Counted from the stretch's first letter, positions 1 to 11,473 are shown. The stretch: 64,000 nt of DNA from Macrostomum hystrix (GCA_950097015.1 CATNEN010000038.1:18166001-18230000), one strand, 5' to 3'. Notes: a model not told the origin generated them from the sequence alone. Numbers and translations are program-made.

Positions 1-619
1 TGGACAGGGGTATTTTGGCTTTTCCTACCAACAGCGAACAGAAGGCGGCTGTCATTGAGCGATGGAACCGGACCTTAAAGAATAAGATGTGCTACTTCAC
101 ATACAGAAGCACTTTGCATTGGGTTGATGTACTATACCCAAGCTAGTGAAGTCCTACAACAATACCTACCACAGAAGCATTCGAATGTCCCCTCTAAAAG
201 TGTGTAAAGAGAATCAATCTGAGGTTTGGATGAACCTTTATGATGGAAAAGCGATCGAGACTATAGTGAAGTTAAAGAAGTCAAAGTTTGCCGAGAAGCA
301 ATCTGTGCGAATTTCCAATGCGCCCTGGTTGTTCAGGAAAGGATATAAAGCCAACTGGAGTGAAGAGGTGTACACCGTGGTGTCCAGAGCTCCGAAACAT
401 TTTCCCTTCATGTACAAGATTCGGGACATGAAGGGTGAAGATATCAGAGGTCTATTTCATGAGCACGAGTTGCAGGCTGTGCCTGACTCACAGCGGTTGT
501 ATGTTATAGAGAAAATACTCAAGACAGAGAAGCGCAAGGGAAAGATCCGGTACTTGGTAAAATGGGCCGGCTACGATTCAACTGGCTGGGTGGATGAGAA
601 AGACTTAAGAAAAGTATGA
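1..619 (+). pseudogene. Polinton/Maverick (adintovirus-like) retroviral-type integrase C-terminal half with chromodomain; frameshifted, cut by the window edge
   Basis: Frame 3 gives SEQKAAVIERWNRTLKNKM..WVDVL. A 2-nt slip near 135 leads into PKLVKSYNNTYHRSIRMSP..FRKGYKANWSEEVYTV..YKIRDMKGEDIRGLFHEHELQ..IEKILK..YLVKWAGYD, the typical Polinton c-integrase plus chromodomain. Confidence 0.88.
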
Positions 620-654
620 CTTACACGAAAAATTATTGTATATTACAAATATGC

Positions 655-1018
655 GAACAACAACAACAACAACAAAGAACTGCTCCCGCCAGCCACGCAG
701 TGGCCAGAGAGGGGGAGAGCAGTCAGAGAGCGCGTTTCTGGGCCAACGATCTCAAAAAGTCACACCCGCTAGCTTGGTCCGGGGCGCCAGCATCACTCAG
801 AAGCCGTTCAGGAAATCTCGCCGTTCGCCCTTGGCCTCGCCTGCGCGGTCCCTGCAGCTTGAGCAGCAGCACGTCGTGTAGTGGCTCAGGGCAGCGGGCC
901 TCCGACCGGATGACGTGGCCAGCCAGTCGAAGTCGCCGCCCGCGCAGCAGGTCAGAAGGCCGCGTCAGGCGCGCCCTAGCGTAGAGCGCGGCAGTGGTCT
1001 CACTGCCTGTGAACTCGG
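655..1018 (-). mobile_element. 5'-truncated RTE-like LINE 3' end with (GTT)n tail
   Basis: The minus strand reads ALYARARLTRPSDLLRGRRLRLAGHVIRS..PLHDVLLLKLQGPRRRGQGRT..KRAL*, the C-terminal motif of RTE-type ORF2. A short UTR and a GTT microsatellite tail (~655-675) follow. Confidence 0.75.
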
Positions 1019-1173
1019 CTCAAAATAAAAAAAGAAAATCAAGGAAGCAGACCAAAGCATGCGACAGAAACAAGCTTAAGAAATGAAGGACTAAAGCAAA
1101 GAAGAAGGTGAACAAGAAAAAGCGGAAACTAAGCAGAAAAACAGTGAAACGAGTTCTGGACTCTCTGTCGTAG
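1019..1173 (+). pseudogene. K/R-rich tail of the small basic Polinton ORF that precedes the capsid gene
   Basis: NKKRKSRKQTK..KAKKKVNKKKRKLSRKTVKRVLDSLS*, ending just before the capsid ATG at 1176, with one internal stop. Assigned mainly by position. Confidence 0.4.
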
Positions 1174-1175
1174 AA

Positions 1176-1923
1176 ATGGCTTACGGATTCAACCCGAGGC
1201 TGGACCCCCGTGCTGCAGACTGCCATTTAAAAAGCATCCTATGTTGACATTCACCCCGTGAACTCCATTGCTGCCAACTCTCCCATTGAGTTCGACTGCC
1301 ACCCATCAGCTGATGAGTACACAGATCTGCTGAACTCCTTTCTGTATGTTCGCTGTCGCCTAGTCCGACTAGGATCAGGAAGCCTGATGAGGGAGGATGT
1401 TCAAGATTCTGATGGAGTTTTTACAGAGCGCAGGGACAGCGATGTGCACCCAGAAAATGCTGTCCTGTCCACGGCCTTCTCCGATGTGATCGTGAGCATC
1501 AACCAGCGAGTCGTGTCTGGGGGAGACCTATCCCTACCACGCGCACTTCAAAGCCCCCATGAGTTCATCCGATGCCCAGCAGCTGAAGTTCTTCCCTGCT
1601 GGATTCCTGGAGCCTGGCTCTGCCGCTGTCCGTCTGCCGCTCTGCCGCACACGGAGAACCACAGGGAATCCCACTGGATGGAGTATGCGGGGCCGCTGCT
1701 CAGCGACATCTTCCAGTGCCCAGTGTTTCTGCTAAATAACCTGCATCTGCACATCAAGCTCGTGTCCAGCGATGGTGCATTTGCCATCAGAGCTCCGGCT
1801 GCAAACAACACGGCCTTCCGCATGGAAATGTCGCACTGCATTCTGCATCTTCGCCGAGTCAAAGTGGTGCACCCACATAAGCCTGGCCCATGAACAGGGA
1901 TTGACCAACCAGAATGCCCAGTA
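1176..1923 (+). pseudogene. Polinton/adintovirus major capsid (double jelly-roll, hexon-like) N-terminal half, degraded
   Basis: Across frames: TPVLQTAI*KASYVDIHPVNSIAANSPIEF..EYTDLLNSFLYVRCRL..HPENAVLSTAFSDVIVSINQRVVS / TYPYHAHF / GPLLSDIFQCPVFLLNNLHLHIKL..LHLRRVKV / ISLAHEQGLTNQNAQ*. This follows the Polinton MCP consensus, with several frameshifts and stops. Confidence 0.85.
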
Positions 1924-2104
1924 ATAGGAAATTCTATTGATCTGTTCAATTCCTTGGGCTGGGATTCAGATGTGCTGAAGATAATTTATGATATTATTAA
2001 AAGGGTTTATAATTCTCTATTTGGTCTGCGTTGCAATTTAAACCGAATTCAGAGCTGCGCCTCTGCTAAATGCGGTCTGTTCTGCCTCTATTCTGTGTTC
2101 CAAG

Positions 2105-3685
2105 GTAGTTAGGTGGGGAGTTGGGTGTCTAGATGGGCAGTTATGTGGTTAGGTGGGGAGTTGGGTGGCTAGGTGGGGAGTTGGGTGGCTAGGTGGGCAG
2201 TTGGGTGTCTAGATGGGGAGTTGAGTGGCTAGGTGGGGAGTTGGGTGGCTAGGTGGGGAGTTGAGTGGCTAGGTGGGCAGTTGGGTGGCTAGGTGGGGAG
2301 TTGGGTGTCTAGATGGGCAGTTGGGTGGCTAGGTGGGGAGTTGGGTGGCTAGGTGGGGAGTTGGGTGTCTAGATGGGGAGTTGAGTGGCTAGGTGGGGAG
2401 TTGGGTGGCTAGGTGGGGAGTTGAGTGGCTAGGTGGGGAGTTGGGTGGCTAGGTGGGGAGTTGGGTGTCTAGATGGGGAGTTGGGTGGCTAGGTGGGGAG
2501 TTGGGTGTCTAGATGGGGAGTTGAGTGGCTAGGTGGGGAGTTGGGTGGCTAGGTGGGGAGTTGGGTGTCTAGATGGGGAGTTGAGTGGCTAGGTGGGGAG
2601 TTGGGTGTCTAGATGGGGAGTTGGGTGGCTAGGTGGGGAGTTGGGTGGCTAGGTGGGCAGTTGGGTGGCTAGGTGAGGAGTTGGGTGTCTAGATGGGCAG
2701 TTGGGTGGCTAGGTGGGCAGTTGGGTGGTTAGGTGGGGAGTTGGGTGTCTAGATGGGCAGTTATGTGGTTAGGTGGGGAGTTGGGTGGCAAGGTGGGCAG
2801 TTGGGTGGTTAGGTGGGGAGTTAGGTGTCTAGATGGGCAGTTATGTGGTTAGGTGGGGAGTTGGGTGGCAAGGTGGGCAGTTGGGTGTCTAGATGGGCAG
2901 TTGGGTGTCTAGATGGGGAGTTGGGTGGCTAGGTGGGGAGTTGGGTGTCTAGATGGGGAGTTGGGTGGCAAGGTGGGCAGTTGGGTGTCTAGATGGGCAG
3001 TTGGGTGTCTAGATGGGGAGTTGGGTGGCAAGGTGGGCAGTTGGGTGTCTAGATGGGCAGTTGGGTGTCTAGATGGGGAGTTGGGTGGCAAGGTGGGCAG
3101 TTGGGTGTCTAGATGGGCAGTTGGGTGTCTAGATGGGGAGTTGGGTGGCAAGGTGGGCAGTTGGGTGTCTAGATGGGCAGTTGGGTGTCTAGATGGGGAG
3201 TTGGGTGGCTAGGTGGGGAGTTGGGTGTCTAGATGGGCAGTTGGGTGGCTAGGTGGGGAGTTGGGTGTCTAGATGGGCAGTTGGGTGGCTAGGTGGGGAG
3301 TTGGGTGTCTAGATGGGCAGTTGGGTGTCTAGATGGGCAGTTGGGTGGCTAGGTGGGGAGTTGGGTGTCTAGATGGGGAGTTGGGTGTCTAGATGGGCAG
3401 TTATGTGGTTAGGTGGGGAGTTGGGTGGCAAGGTGGGCAGTTGGGTCGCAAGGTGGGCAGTTGGGTGGCAAGGTGGGCAGTTGGGTGGCAAGGTGGGCAG
3501 TTGGGTGGCAAGGTGGGCAGTTGGGTGGCAAGGTGGGCAGTTGGGTGGCTAGGTGGGGAGTTGGGTGTCTAGATGGGCAGTTGGGTGGCTAGGTGGGGAG
3601 TTGGGTGTCTAGATGGGCAGTTGGGTGGCTAGGTGGGGAGTTGGGTGTCTAGATGGGCAGTTGGGTGGCTAGGTGGGGAGTTGGC
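2105..3685 (+). repeat. 20-bp G-rich minisatellite
   Basis: Tandem variants of AGGTGGGGAGTTGGGTGGCT / AGATGGGCAGTTGGGTGTCT in exact 20-nt phase. Confidence 0.97.
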
Positions 3686-4799
3686 TAGATGTTTGCTAGT
3701 TTTATTTTTTGGGATAATCATTTCTGTTCACAAAATGATTCCAGGGCTGTCTATTGTCGCACCAGTCTGCTACTGAGGTGGCAGAAGATGAGTGGTGCCC
3801 CTTGCAAGAGACAATGACTTCTACGCAATCTGCAATGGGCCAGGCTGCTTTTGGGGGCACACTTCATGGTGCGAGGGGCCAGTTGTGCCAGCTCCAGCGC
3901 CAGCTCCTTCGTGTTCTACCTCCGCGCCGCCCAAGCCCGGTTTCGACTGCCAACGCTGCGCAGAGCGGACCGTTTCTGCAAAATACCGTTGGTCAGTTCG
4001 TTTGGCTGCCAACGTGCCGCAACTGGCAAAGTTCCAAGCCTAGCCACGCTGGCCAAGTCTGGTGGCTTGCAGAAGCGGACCACTGCCACTGCACTTATGC
4101 AGTCGTGGTGTGCGGAAGGTCTTGGTCACCGACCTATGAATGAGTGACCCCTGAACGAAAAAACGGCCCTTCTCCGGGCCACCAAATTCGTGATTCTTGC
4201 GTTTAAGTCAACTCTTTTAACTCCGCCATTGCCGGTCCCGAGCCCGTATGAAAAAGGAGGAGGGAAATAAAATATACACATGCTCACGTTCGTGTCACTG
4301 TTTTTCTGTTTTCATTTTGCTAAAACTGTCTTGCCATTTTCCACTAAAAATGTTTCATGATGCTTCTTGTCTTTCTCATTTTCCGCATTACGTTCTAAAT
4401 TACGTTGTAAACTAACGAACGTAGTCAACTAAAAAGTCGCGACGTAAAAAGTCAACGTCAAAAGTCAAAGGCTTCAACTAAAATGCCGCCGGGAAGCCTG
4501 GCTCTGGGCCGTGACCCGGCCGGAGCAGGGCTGCGTCTGCTTTAAGCTGTCGGCTGACGCTGCCGCGCCAGCACCTGGGAAGCCTAGGAAGGCAACAATC
4601 GTGCAAAGGCAGCTCCAAAGCACGCTTACAAACACCCTATAGAGCAGTGTCAGACACGCTGGCAGCCACACTACAGTGTCTGTAAGTAAAGCCAGGTGCT
4701 TCCGCAACTTACAACTAATCATAACGACTAAAGAGAATTTAGTGGTTTCAGTGAAGACAGTTAGTTTTGCATACGATAGCAAGCGCCATGCTTTTCCAT

Positions 4800-5866
4800 A
4801 CAGCATGGCACTGTAATCAGCAACAGCATGGCACTGTAATCAGAAACAGCATGGCACTGTAATCAGAAACAGCATGGCACTGTAATCAGAAACAGCATGG
4901 CACTGTAATCAGAAACAGCATGGCACTGTAATCAGCAACAGCATGGCACTGTAATCAGCAACAGCATGGCACTGTAATCAGAAACAGCATGGCACTGTAA
5001 TCGGAAACAGCATGGCACTGTAATCAGAAACAGCATGGCACTGTAATCGGAAACAGCATGGCACTGTAATCAGAAACAGCATGGCACTGTAATCAGAAAC
5101 AGTATGGCACTGTAATCAGAAACAGCATGGCACTGTAATCGGAAACAGCATGGCACTGTAATCAGCAACAGCATGGCACTGTAATCGGAAACAGCATGGC
5201 ACTGTAATCGGAAACAGCATGGCACTGTAATCAGAAACAGCATGGCACTGTAATCGGAAACAGCATGGCACTGTAATCGGAAACAGCATGGCACTGTAAT
5301 CGGAAACAGCATGGCACTGTAATCGGAAACAGCATGGCACTGTAATCGGAAACAGCATGGCACTGTAATCAGAAACAGCATGGCACTGTAATCGGAAACA
5401 GCATGGCACTGTAATCGGAAACAGCATGGCACTGTAATCGGAAACAGCATGGCACTGTAATCAGAAACAGTATGGCACTGTAATCAGAAACAGCATGGCA
5501 CTGTAATCGGAAACAGCATGGCACTGTAATCAGCAACAGCATGGCACTGTAATCGGAAACAGCATGGCACTGTAATCGGAAACAGCATGGCACTGTAATC
5601 AGAAACAGCATGGCACTGTAATCGGAAACAGCATGGCACTGTAATCGGAAACAGCATGGCACTGTAATCGGAAACAGCATGGCACTGTAATCGGAAACAG
5701 CATGGCACTGTAATCGGAAACAGCATGGCACTGTAATCAGAAACAGCATGGCACTGTAATCGGAAACAGCATGGCACTGTAATCGGAAACAGCATGGCAC
5801 TGTAATCGGAAACAGCATGGCACTGTAATCGGAAACAGCATGGCACTGTAATCAGAAACAGCATGG
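4800..5866 (+). repeat. 23-bp minisatellite, ~46 units
   Basis: Tandem CAGCATGGCACTGTAATCRGAAA. Confidence 0.97.
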
Positions 5867-5918
5867 CGAAGACTGTTCCTATAAAAATCATGCTATTCTA
5901 TATAGCATGGCGCCTGGC

Positions 5919-6936
5919 TAGAGATGCCAAAAACCGGCCCTTTTTGAGAACCGGTTAACCGGTTTGAAAACCGCCTTTTATAAGAAAACCGGTCTTTAAA
6001 AACCGGTTTGTGTGCCAAGTTTTTAAAAAGCACTAAATAAGCATAGAAGATAGAACTTATATACAATCGTGAATTTGTTAAAGGTGTGTGTGCCGATTAA
6101 TAATAATAAAAGTTTCTTGGAATTATTAATTTTAAATTTGTTATAGTTAGGTTTCGCGGAAATTGAATATCGTGCCAATTCAAATTTTCCGTGGACTTTC
6201 TTCGGAATCGTTCCGTAGCCAATGCGAACTAAATGCGAACTAAAATAAAGACCCAATGCGAACTTAATATAAATTGAGATTTAGTTAGGATCAGTTCGTA
6301 ACTAATTCGTGAACTCTTAATTTTGCTGAATAATAACTTTAAACTTAGTGATGCACTGGTAGCAATGATTGATTAATTTGATGATTTTGGCCAAGGCAAA
6401 CTGGTCACAGTCTCGAAATGGCGGTACCCTGGGATGGTTAGATTAGAAACGGCGAACCCTTGATGTTTTTAGGTTTAGACTTAGATAGTTTTAGATTAGG
6501 CCCCAATTTAGATTTATACTTCAAGTTCAACTTAGATTTAACTTCAAGCTTAATTTTAAGTTTAATGTTCAATTTGAAAGGACTTAGTAGCGCTGCCACC
6601 ACGAAGCAAATTTAATTAACAAAACAACAATTACCATACTGACACTGAGTACTACTGAGTCCTGCGGACTCCGAGGTTTTTCATATTCTTTTCAGGAATT
6701 CAGACTCTACAACTACGAATTACGATTATGAAGTTACAAAGTAACGATTTAGAAAAATTTTGTTATTAGTTATTTTTTCTCCAAAGTGCAAAAATTGTGA
6801 CTCTGTGAGACATAATAAAAATAAAAAACCCATTAAAAACCGCCAAAAAACCGGACAAAAAAACGGTTTTTTTGAACCGGTTTTCCTGCTAAAAACCGGT
6901 TTTTTAAACCGGTTTTAAAACCGGTTGGCATCCCTA
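5919..6936. mobile_element. Non-autonomous hAT-type DNA transposon (MITE)
   Basis: TIRs TAGAGATGCCA / TGGCATCCCTA; perfect 8-bp TSD CGCCTGGC (5911-5918 and 6937-6944); many subterminal AACCGGTT palindromes. Confidence 0.9.
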
Positions 6937-7659
6937 CGCCTGGCTATGTTAGAACCTGGAGCAGATTTACCTGCCCGTCACAAAGTGTTATCGACGTACC
7001 AGTGGCCTTCTGGGACCAAAATCTATCCGGTAAAAATAGTTTCAAAATTGTAAGAAAGAAGTTTTTTTATGCATTATCTATAATTTACATGGAAGCTTTT
7101 CACGAGAACATATATTTACAATTAGGATTTTTAAAAATTGTGACAGAAAAACTATGAACTGTTACAAAGCATAAAGCACAAAGCAATGCAGACAAATGAA
7201 AACAATAGTGTGTAATAACATCATAGAACATCATAGGACAGCACATAGAACACCCGGCTGCGGGATGAAAGATGGGTTTTAGTTTTCATTTAGTTTGTTA
7301 GCTCGGGTATCAATTATCAAATGTGTCTGTGATGTTATTCAATGTTATTCAATGCGTTCACTCTGCACCACTTTGAATCATGGCTAACATCGATTGTTTA
7401 CGTCAGTCGGTTCTTAGTGCAAGCTGAGTTGTTTACCAGTGTCACGCGTGGCTTGCGTGCTGGTTGAGGTGGCTGGCCCGCGGGGCCCAGCCGTGCCCTA
7501 AGCCCTAGGGTCAAATAGAACAGAGCGATAATATAAGGAGCAGCAAATACCAACTGGCACGAAAAAGTTGTAAATCATTTCTTGGCCAGCCTTCGGTCTT
7601 ATGTCATGCAGTGTTAATAAATATTCAAATGAAAATAAAAATCAAAAGCTACTACTCAC

Positions 7660-8190
7660 ATATGGATCCAGGCCCGCAGCTATCCGGCGAGCTGCTTTGT
7701 CTCGCCGCATAGCTGCGGCCATCGCCTCCTCCTGCCGCTACCGCACTCGCTGCCTCACTGCACTCTCTTTAGTGCCTTTTCCAACTCCGCGGCTGCGGAG
7801 GCCAAGACGAATGCATGGAACGACGCGGGGAATAAATGAAAGTTGTTGCTCGACATCTTGCTGCTTCTGCTTCTGCTGATGCTGATGCTGCTGCTGGCTG
7901 GTGCCGGCCGGTACAGCTGCACTGAGCTGAGGATGGAGCATGGAAAAAAAGCAATTAGACTATAATTTCTATGCTAAAGTCTACTCGAATATATTTGCAG
8001 AGGCTAACTAATTCTATCCAGCTGTACAATTGAATATTTATCTCACCTCGAAGTGGGCACAGGCGGACGGGGGCTGTCTGCTGGCTGATGCTGCTACAGC
8101 TGCTGCTTCTGCTTCTGTTGATGCTGTCTGTTGCTTCTGCTTCTGCTGATTCTGCTGATGCTGCTACTGAGCTGCCTGTTGCGCTGCAAA
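7660..8190 (-). pseudogene. Exon-like Q/A-rich gene fragments of unknown family
   Basis: Two minus-strand CAG-rich blocks end in donor-like GTGAGA (~8046) and GTGAGT (~7660). The reading QQQHQHQQKQKQQ..KESAVRQRVR*RQEEAMAAAMRRDKAARRIAAGLDPY has in-frame stops. Confidence 0.3.
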
Positions 8191-8221
8191 TAAGCTAGAG
8201 AAAGGCTCTGTATTTAAAATA

Positions 8222-8348
8222 GACAGGGCAGGTGAATCTGCTCCAGGTTGTAACATAGACAGGCGCCATTCTATATAGCATAGCATGGTTCTTATAGAAA
8301 CATTCTCCGCCATGCTGTTTCTGATTACAGTGCCATGCTGTATCGAAA
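8222..8348 (-). mobile_element. Inverted copy of the 23-mer-bearing repeat, with one unit
   Basis: Reverse complement of the empty-site sequence 5845-5918 plus 6945-6981. It lacks the hAT insertion and holds a single 23-mer. Confidence 0.75.
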
Positions 8349-9299
8349 GTATTGGATTTTATATAGTTGTATTTCGTAGAACTTTAAATAAAAACAAAAT
8401 GTATCCAATTAGGAACAAAAATATACCTAAATTTAATACCAAATACTAATACCAAAATACCTAATACCAAAATTTATATTTATATATAAAAAATATAAAT
8501 ATACAAAAAAAAATAAAAACTTGCATTTTAATTTTTTTTTGATACCCTAAATAAAATATAATTAAATTTAATTTATTTCTGAGCACTATGGAAAATGGTC
8601 GTTTCGTCTGCTAAATACTATGGCAAGACGAAATGGCGGCAGAACGACCACCCACAAAATCTCAAAGCCATTTATCATTTTTCAAGGTGCGAGTGGGAGT
8701 GATAAGGTGGTAGTGGAGGTTAAATTCAAATTCAAACCGTTAATTTAAATAACAGTTTAATTGACAATTTACTGCAATCGTGGTTTAGTTTGTTTTTGAC
8801 AAATTGGTATTTAAATTTAAGTACAGTTCGAATCGATCACAAAGTTCCAAACTTTGTTACGTTCAGATTTAAATTGCAGGAATATATGATTCCCACCGTA
8901 TGAAATGTTAATAGCATTTAATATTTGGAGAGGCCTCATGTTCTTTTCAATTGACGTACGAGGTATTTCTTATCATCATGGCGATATGTTCTTATTATCA
9001 AAAACAGCATATCGATTTGTCTGGTCGAAATATATCGGAAAAGCATGCCCCTAGTACGTCTCGCAATAGCTTCCGGGCCAAAATAATGTCTTCATCGATT
9101 ATTAGATTATTCATATAAAATAGTCTTTATTTCGGCTGGCAGAATGCCCTGGCAGAATAGCTTGGCTCATGAAGGAGTCATAAAAATAAGATTTTAGGTC
9201 ATACAATAGCATTGGCCACTATAAAGGCCCTTAATTTGTTTTGTATTCGTCTATTAAAGCGTCTTTGGACCCAAACTGCAGCTGGGACAGACGGAGGTC

Positions 9300-9676
9300 C
9301 CCTACTGTCAGGAAGTGAAATTTCTAGGTGTCCTCCTTGACGCCGATCTCTGCTTGAACAAACACGTAGACAACATGGCGAACACGTTCTGGGCCATTGT
9401 CATGCCCCTGCGCCGCATCGCCATGATCACCAAAATGAGCAGCGTCACTCTCAAGATGCTGTACAGGGCCTACGGTGAGAGTGCTCTCACCTACGGCGCC
9501 CCTATCTTGACTCTGATTTGCGTCACCAACCAGATCAAGATCCAAAACCTTGCTCTGCGCATCTGCTAGGGTGTGCCTTCTAACCTGAGCACTGAATACC
9601 TTCACAAACTGGCCGGGATGCCAATGCTCTCAGCCAGAGTCAAGCAGCTCGGTGTGGCCTGGCTGCTCAAGATGAG
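9300..9676 (+). mobile_element. LINE reverse-transcriptase C-terminal (thumb) fragment, I/Jockey-like
   Basis: VKFLGVLLDADL..KHVD..LKMLYRAYGESALTYGAP..IQNLALRIC*GVPSNLSTEYLHKLAGMPMLSARVKQL, with one in-frame stop. Confidence 0.8.
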
Positions 9677-9677
9677 A

Positions 9678-9824
9678 GGAACATTCTCCGCCATGCTGTT
9701 TCTGATTACAGTGCCATGCTGTTGCTGATTACGGTGCCATGCTGTTGCTGATTACGGTGCCATGCTGTTGCTGACAACACAACAGTGCCATGCTGTATGG
9801 AAAAACATGGCGCTTGATTTCGTA
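9678..9824 (-). mobile_element. Third, inverted copy of the 23-mer-bearing repeat (~4 units plus outer flank)
   Basis: Four CCATGCTGTT(T/G)CTGATTAC(A/G)GTG-like units, then GTATGGAAAAACATGGCGCTTG, the reverse complement of 4780-4810. Confidence 0.75.
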
Positions 9825-10139
9825 AACTTGCGCATCTTCCCTATAGCCTTCAATCAAGCAGCAGGCCTAAAGCGAAATTTTCACCTAAAGCGAAAATTCG
9901 GGGCAACGTTTTCCAGTGGATTTTGATGGGCCTATTCGATTGGAGCTGTCCGGAGTCCATTGGTTGCCTGGCAAAAGAGTTATGCCACAAAATAGAGTAT
10001 ATTTGCGAATAATCTAACTTAGGTATTCGCTCCTTATAGAAACTCTAAGACATTACGGTTTCTTTTTTGCTTAAAAATGAAGCCTTCCCAAAACTATATT
10101 TTAATAATATATTAAATTAATTAAAAAACCTTTATAATA

Positions 10140-10651
10140 AACTACGAGCAACAGCAGGCAAACTACAAGCAACATCAGGCAAACTACAAGCAACATCAGG
10201 CAAACTACAAGCAACATCAGGCAAACTACAAGCAACAGCAGGCAAACTACAAGCAACATCAGGCAAACTACAAGCAACAGCAGGCAAACTACAAGCAACA
10301 GCAGGCAAACTACAAGCAACATCAGGCAAACTACAAGCAACAGCAGGCAAACTACAAGCAACATCAGGCAAACTACAAGCAACAGCAGGCAAACTACAAG
10401 CAACAGCAGGCAAACTACAAGCAACAGCAGGCAAACTACAAGCAACATCAGGCAAACTACAAGCAACAGCAGGCAAACTACAAGCAACATCAGGCAAACT
10501 ACAAGCAACAGCAGGCAAACTACAAGCAACATCAGGCAAACTACAAGCAACATCAGGCAAACTACAAGCAACAGCAGGCAAACTACAAGCAACAGCAGGC
10601 AAACTACAAGCAACAGCAGGCAAACTACAAGCAACATCAGGCAAACTACAA
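10140..10651 (+). repeat. 21-bp minisatellite
   Basis: Tandem AGGCAAACTACAAGCAACA(G/T)C. Confidence 0.97.
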
Positions 10652-10652
10652 A

Positions 10653-10732
10653 CGGGGTGAGTGGCAGAGCGGTTAACGCGTTTGCCTCTCGCGCCAAGGT
10701 CCCTGAGCTCGATTCCGCTGCGAGGCCACATT
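10653..10732 (+). mobile_element. tRNA-derived SINE head or tRNA pseudogene
   Basis: A-box-like TGGCAGAGCGG and B-box-like GCTCGATTCC at tRNA spacing. No convincing cloverleaf acceptor stem. Confidence 0.55.
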
Positions 10733-11473
10733 CATTTGGGGAAATTCACCAATTGATGTGCCATTGTAGGTTGCGGCCTGCATTAATTATTATTAATATC
10801 AGGAAAAGTAAAAGCGACAGCAAGCAAAGTTTAAAACCTGAAAAGCACCAATATTATACAGTGGAACGTGGCCAATATGATGGTCAAAAACCAAATTAAA
10901 ACAAATAAACAAAAGGCAAGTGAAGAACACAAAATTAAATTATTCATCCTTTGTCAAACCCTGAATGCAGTGATTTTATTTTTCCCTTGCACGGCGTCAC
11001 CGCAGGCTGTGGCTTGCATTGAATAATTTTCGGTTTAGACTGGATTCGGACTTCGCTACTCCCGTGTACTTTTACCAGCCCGTCCGAAATGTTACAGCAA
11101 TTAAAGCTAATAGCCCAATTCTGTTACTGTGTGGCACCTCGGGGCCTGGCGAGTTGCCAGGGCCTAATGAGAGTGTTTTTAGTTGCCATGCTGGCCCGAC
11201 CTTAGTCTAATCCTGTTTAGTTTTGAGTGATAAGGAAGTTGTGTAAAGTCAAGCAACAATTTTTTGTTCATATCAAGGGCAACATTAAATTCGCTAAATT
11301 ATATTTTTCCAGACTTTTTTACCACTAAAATAAAAAAAACATGAAAAACTAGCAAGATAACAGGCTTAGCTGTATGCATATAACTGAATGAAAATGTACA
11401 AGAGGAAAATGAAATAGCAAAGATGGAGTCATGCATGTGATTTTACGTGCAATGAAGTATGTCAGGTGAATAT

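Larger units (their letters stand above)
4772..6981 (+). mobile_element. Interspersed repeat carrying an expanded 23-bp array (left arm of an inverted pair), interrupted by a hAT MITE
   Basis: Its flanks CAAGCGCCATGCTTTTCCATA and GGCGCCTGGCTATGTTAGAACCTGGAGCAGATTTACCTGCCC recur as reverse complements at 8222-8348 and 9678-9824. Confidence 0.7.

Noticed and set aside
616-984. Plus-strand ORFs after the integrase
   Set aside because: They are the antisense shadow of the RTE-like LINE fragment.
4480-4640. THAP- or GRF-like peptide RREAWLWAVTRPEQGCVCF
   Set aside because: Too short, the metal ligands are incomplete, and there is no supporting ORF.
4800-5866. CRISPR-like appearance of the 23-37 bp repeat arrays
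   Set aside because: No unique spacers, no cas genes, and a eukaryotic context.
8580-9170. Possible MITE with GGCAGAA repeats
   Set aside because: Matching termini and a TSD could not be defined.
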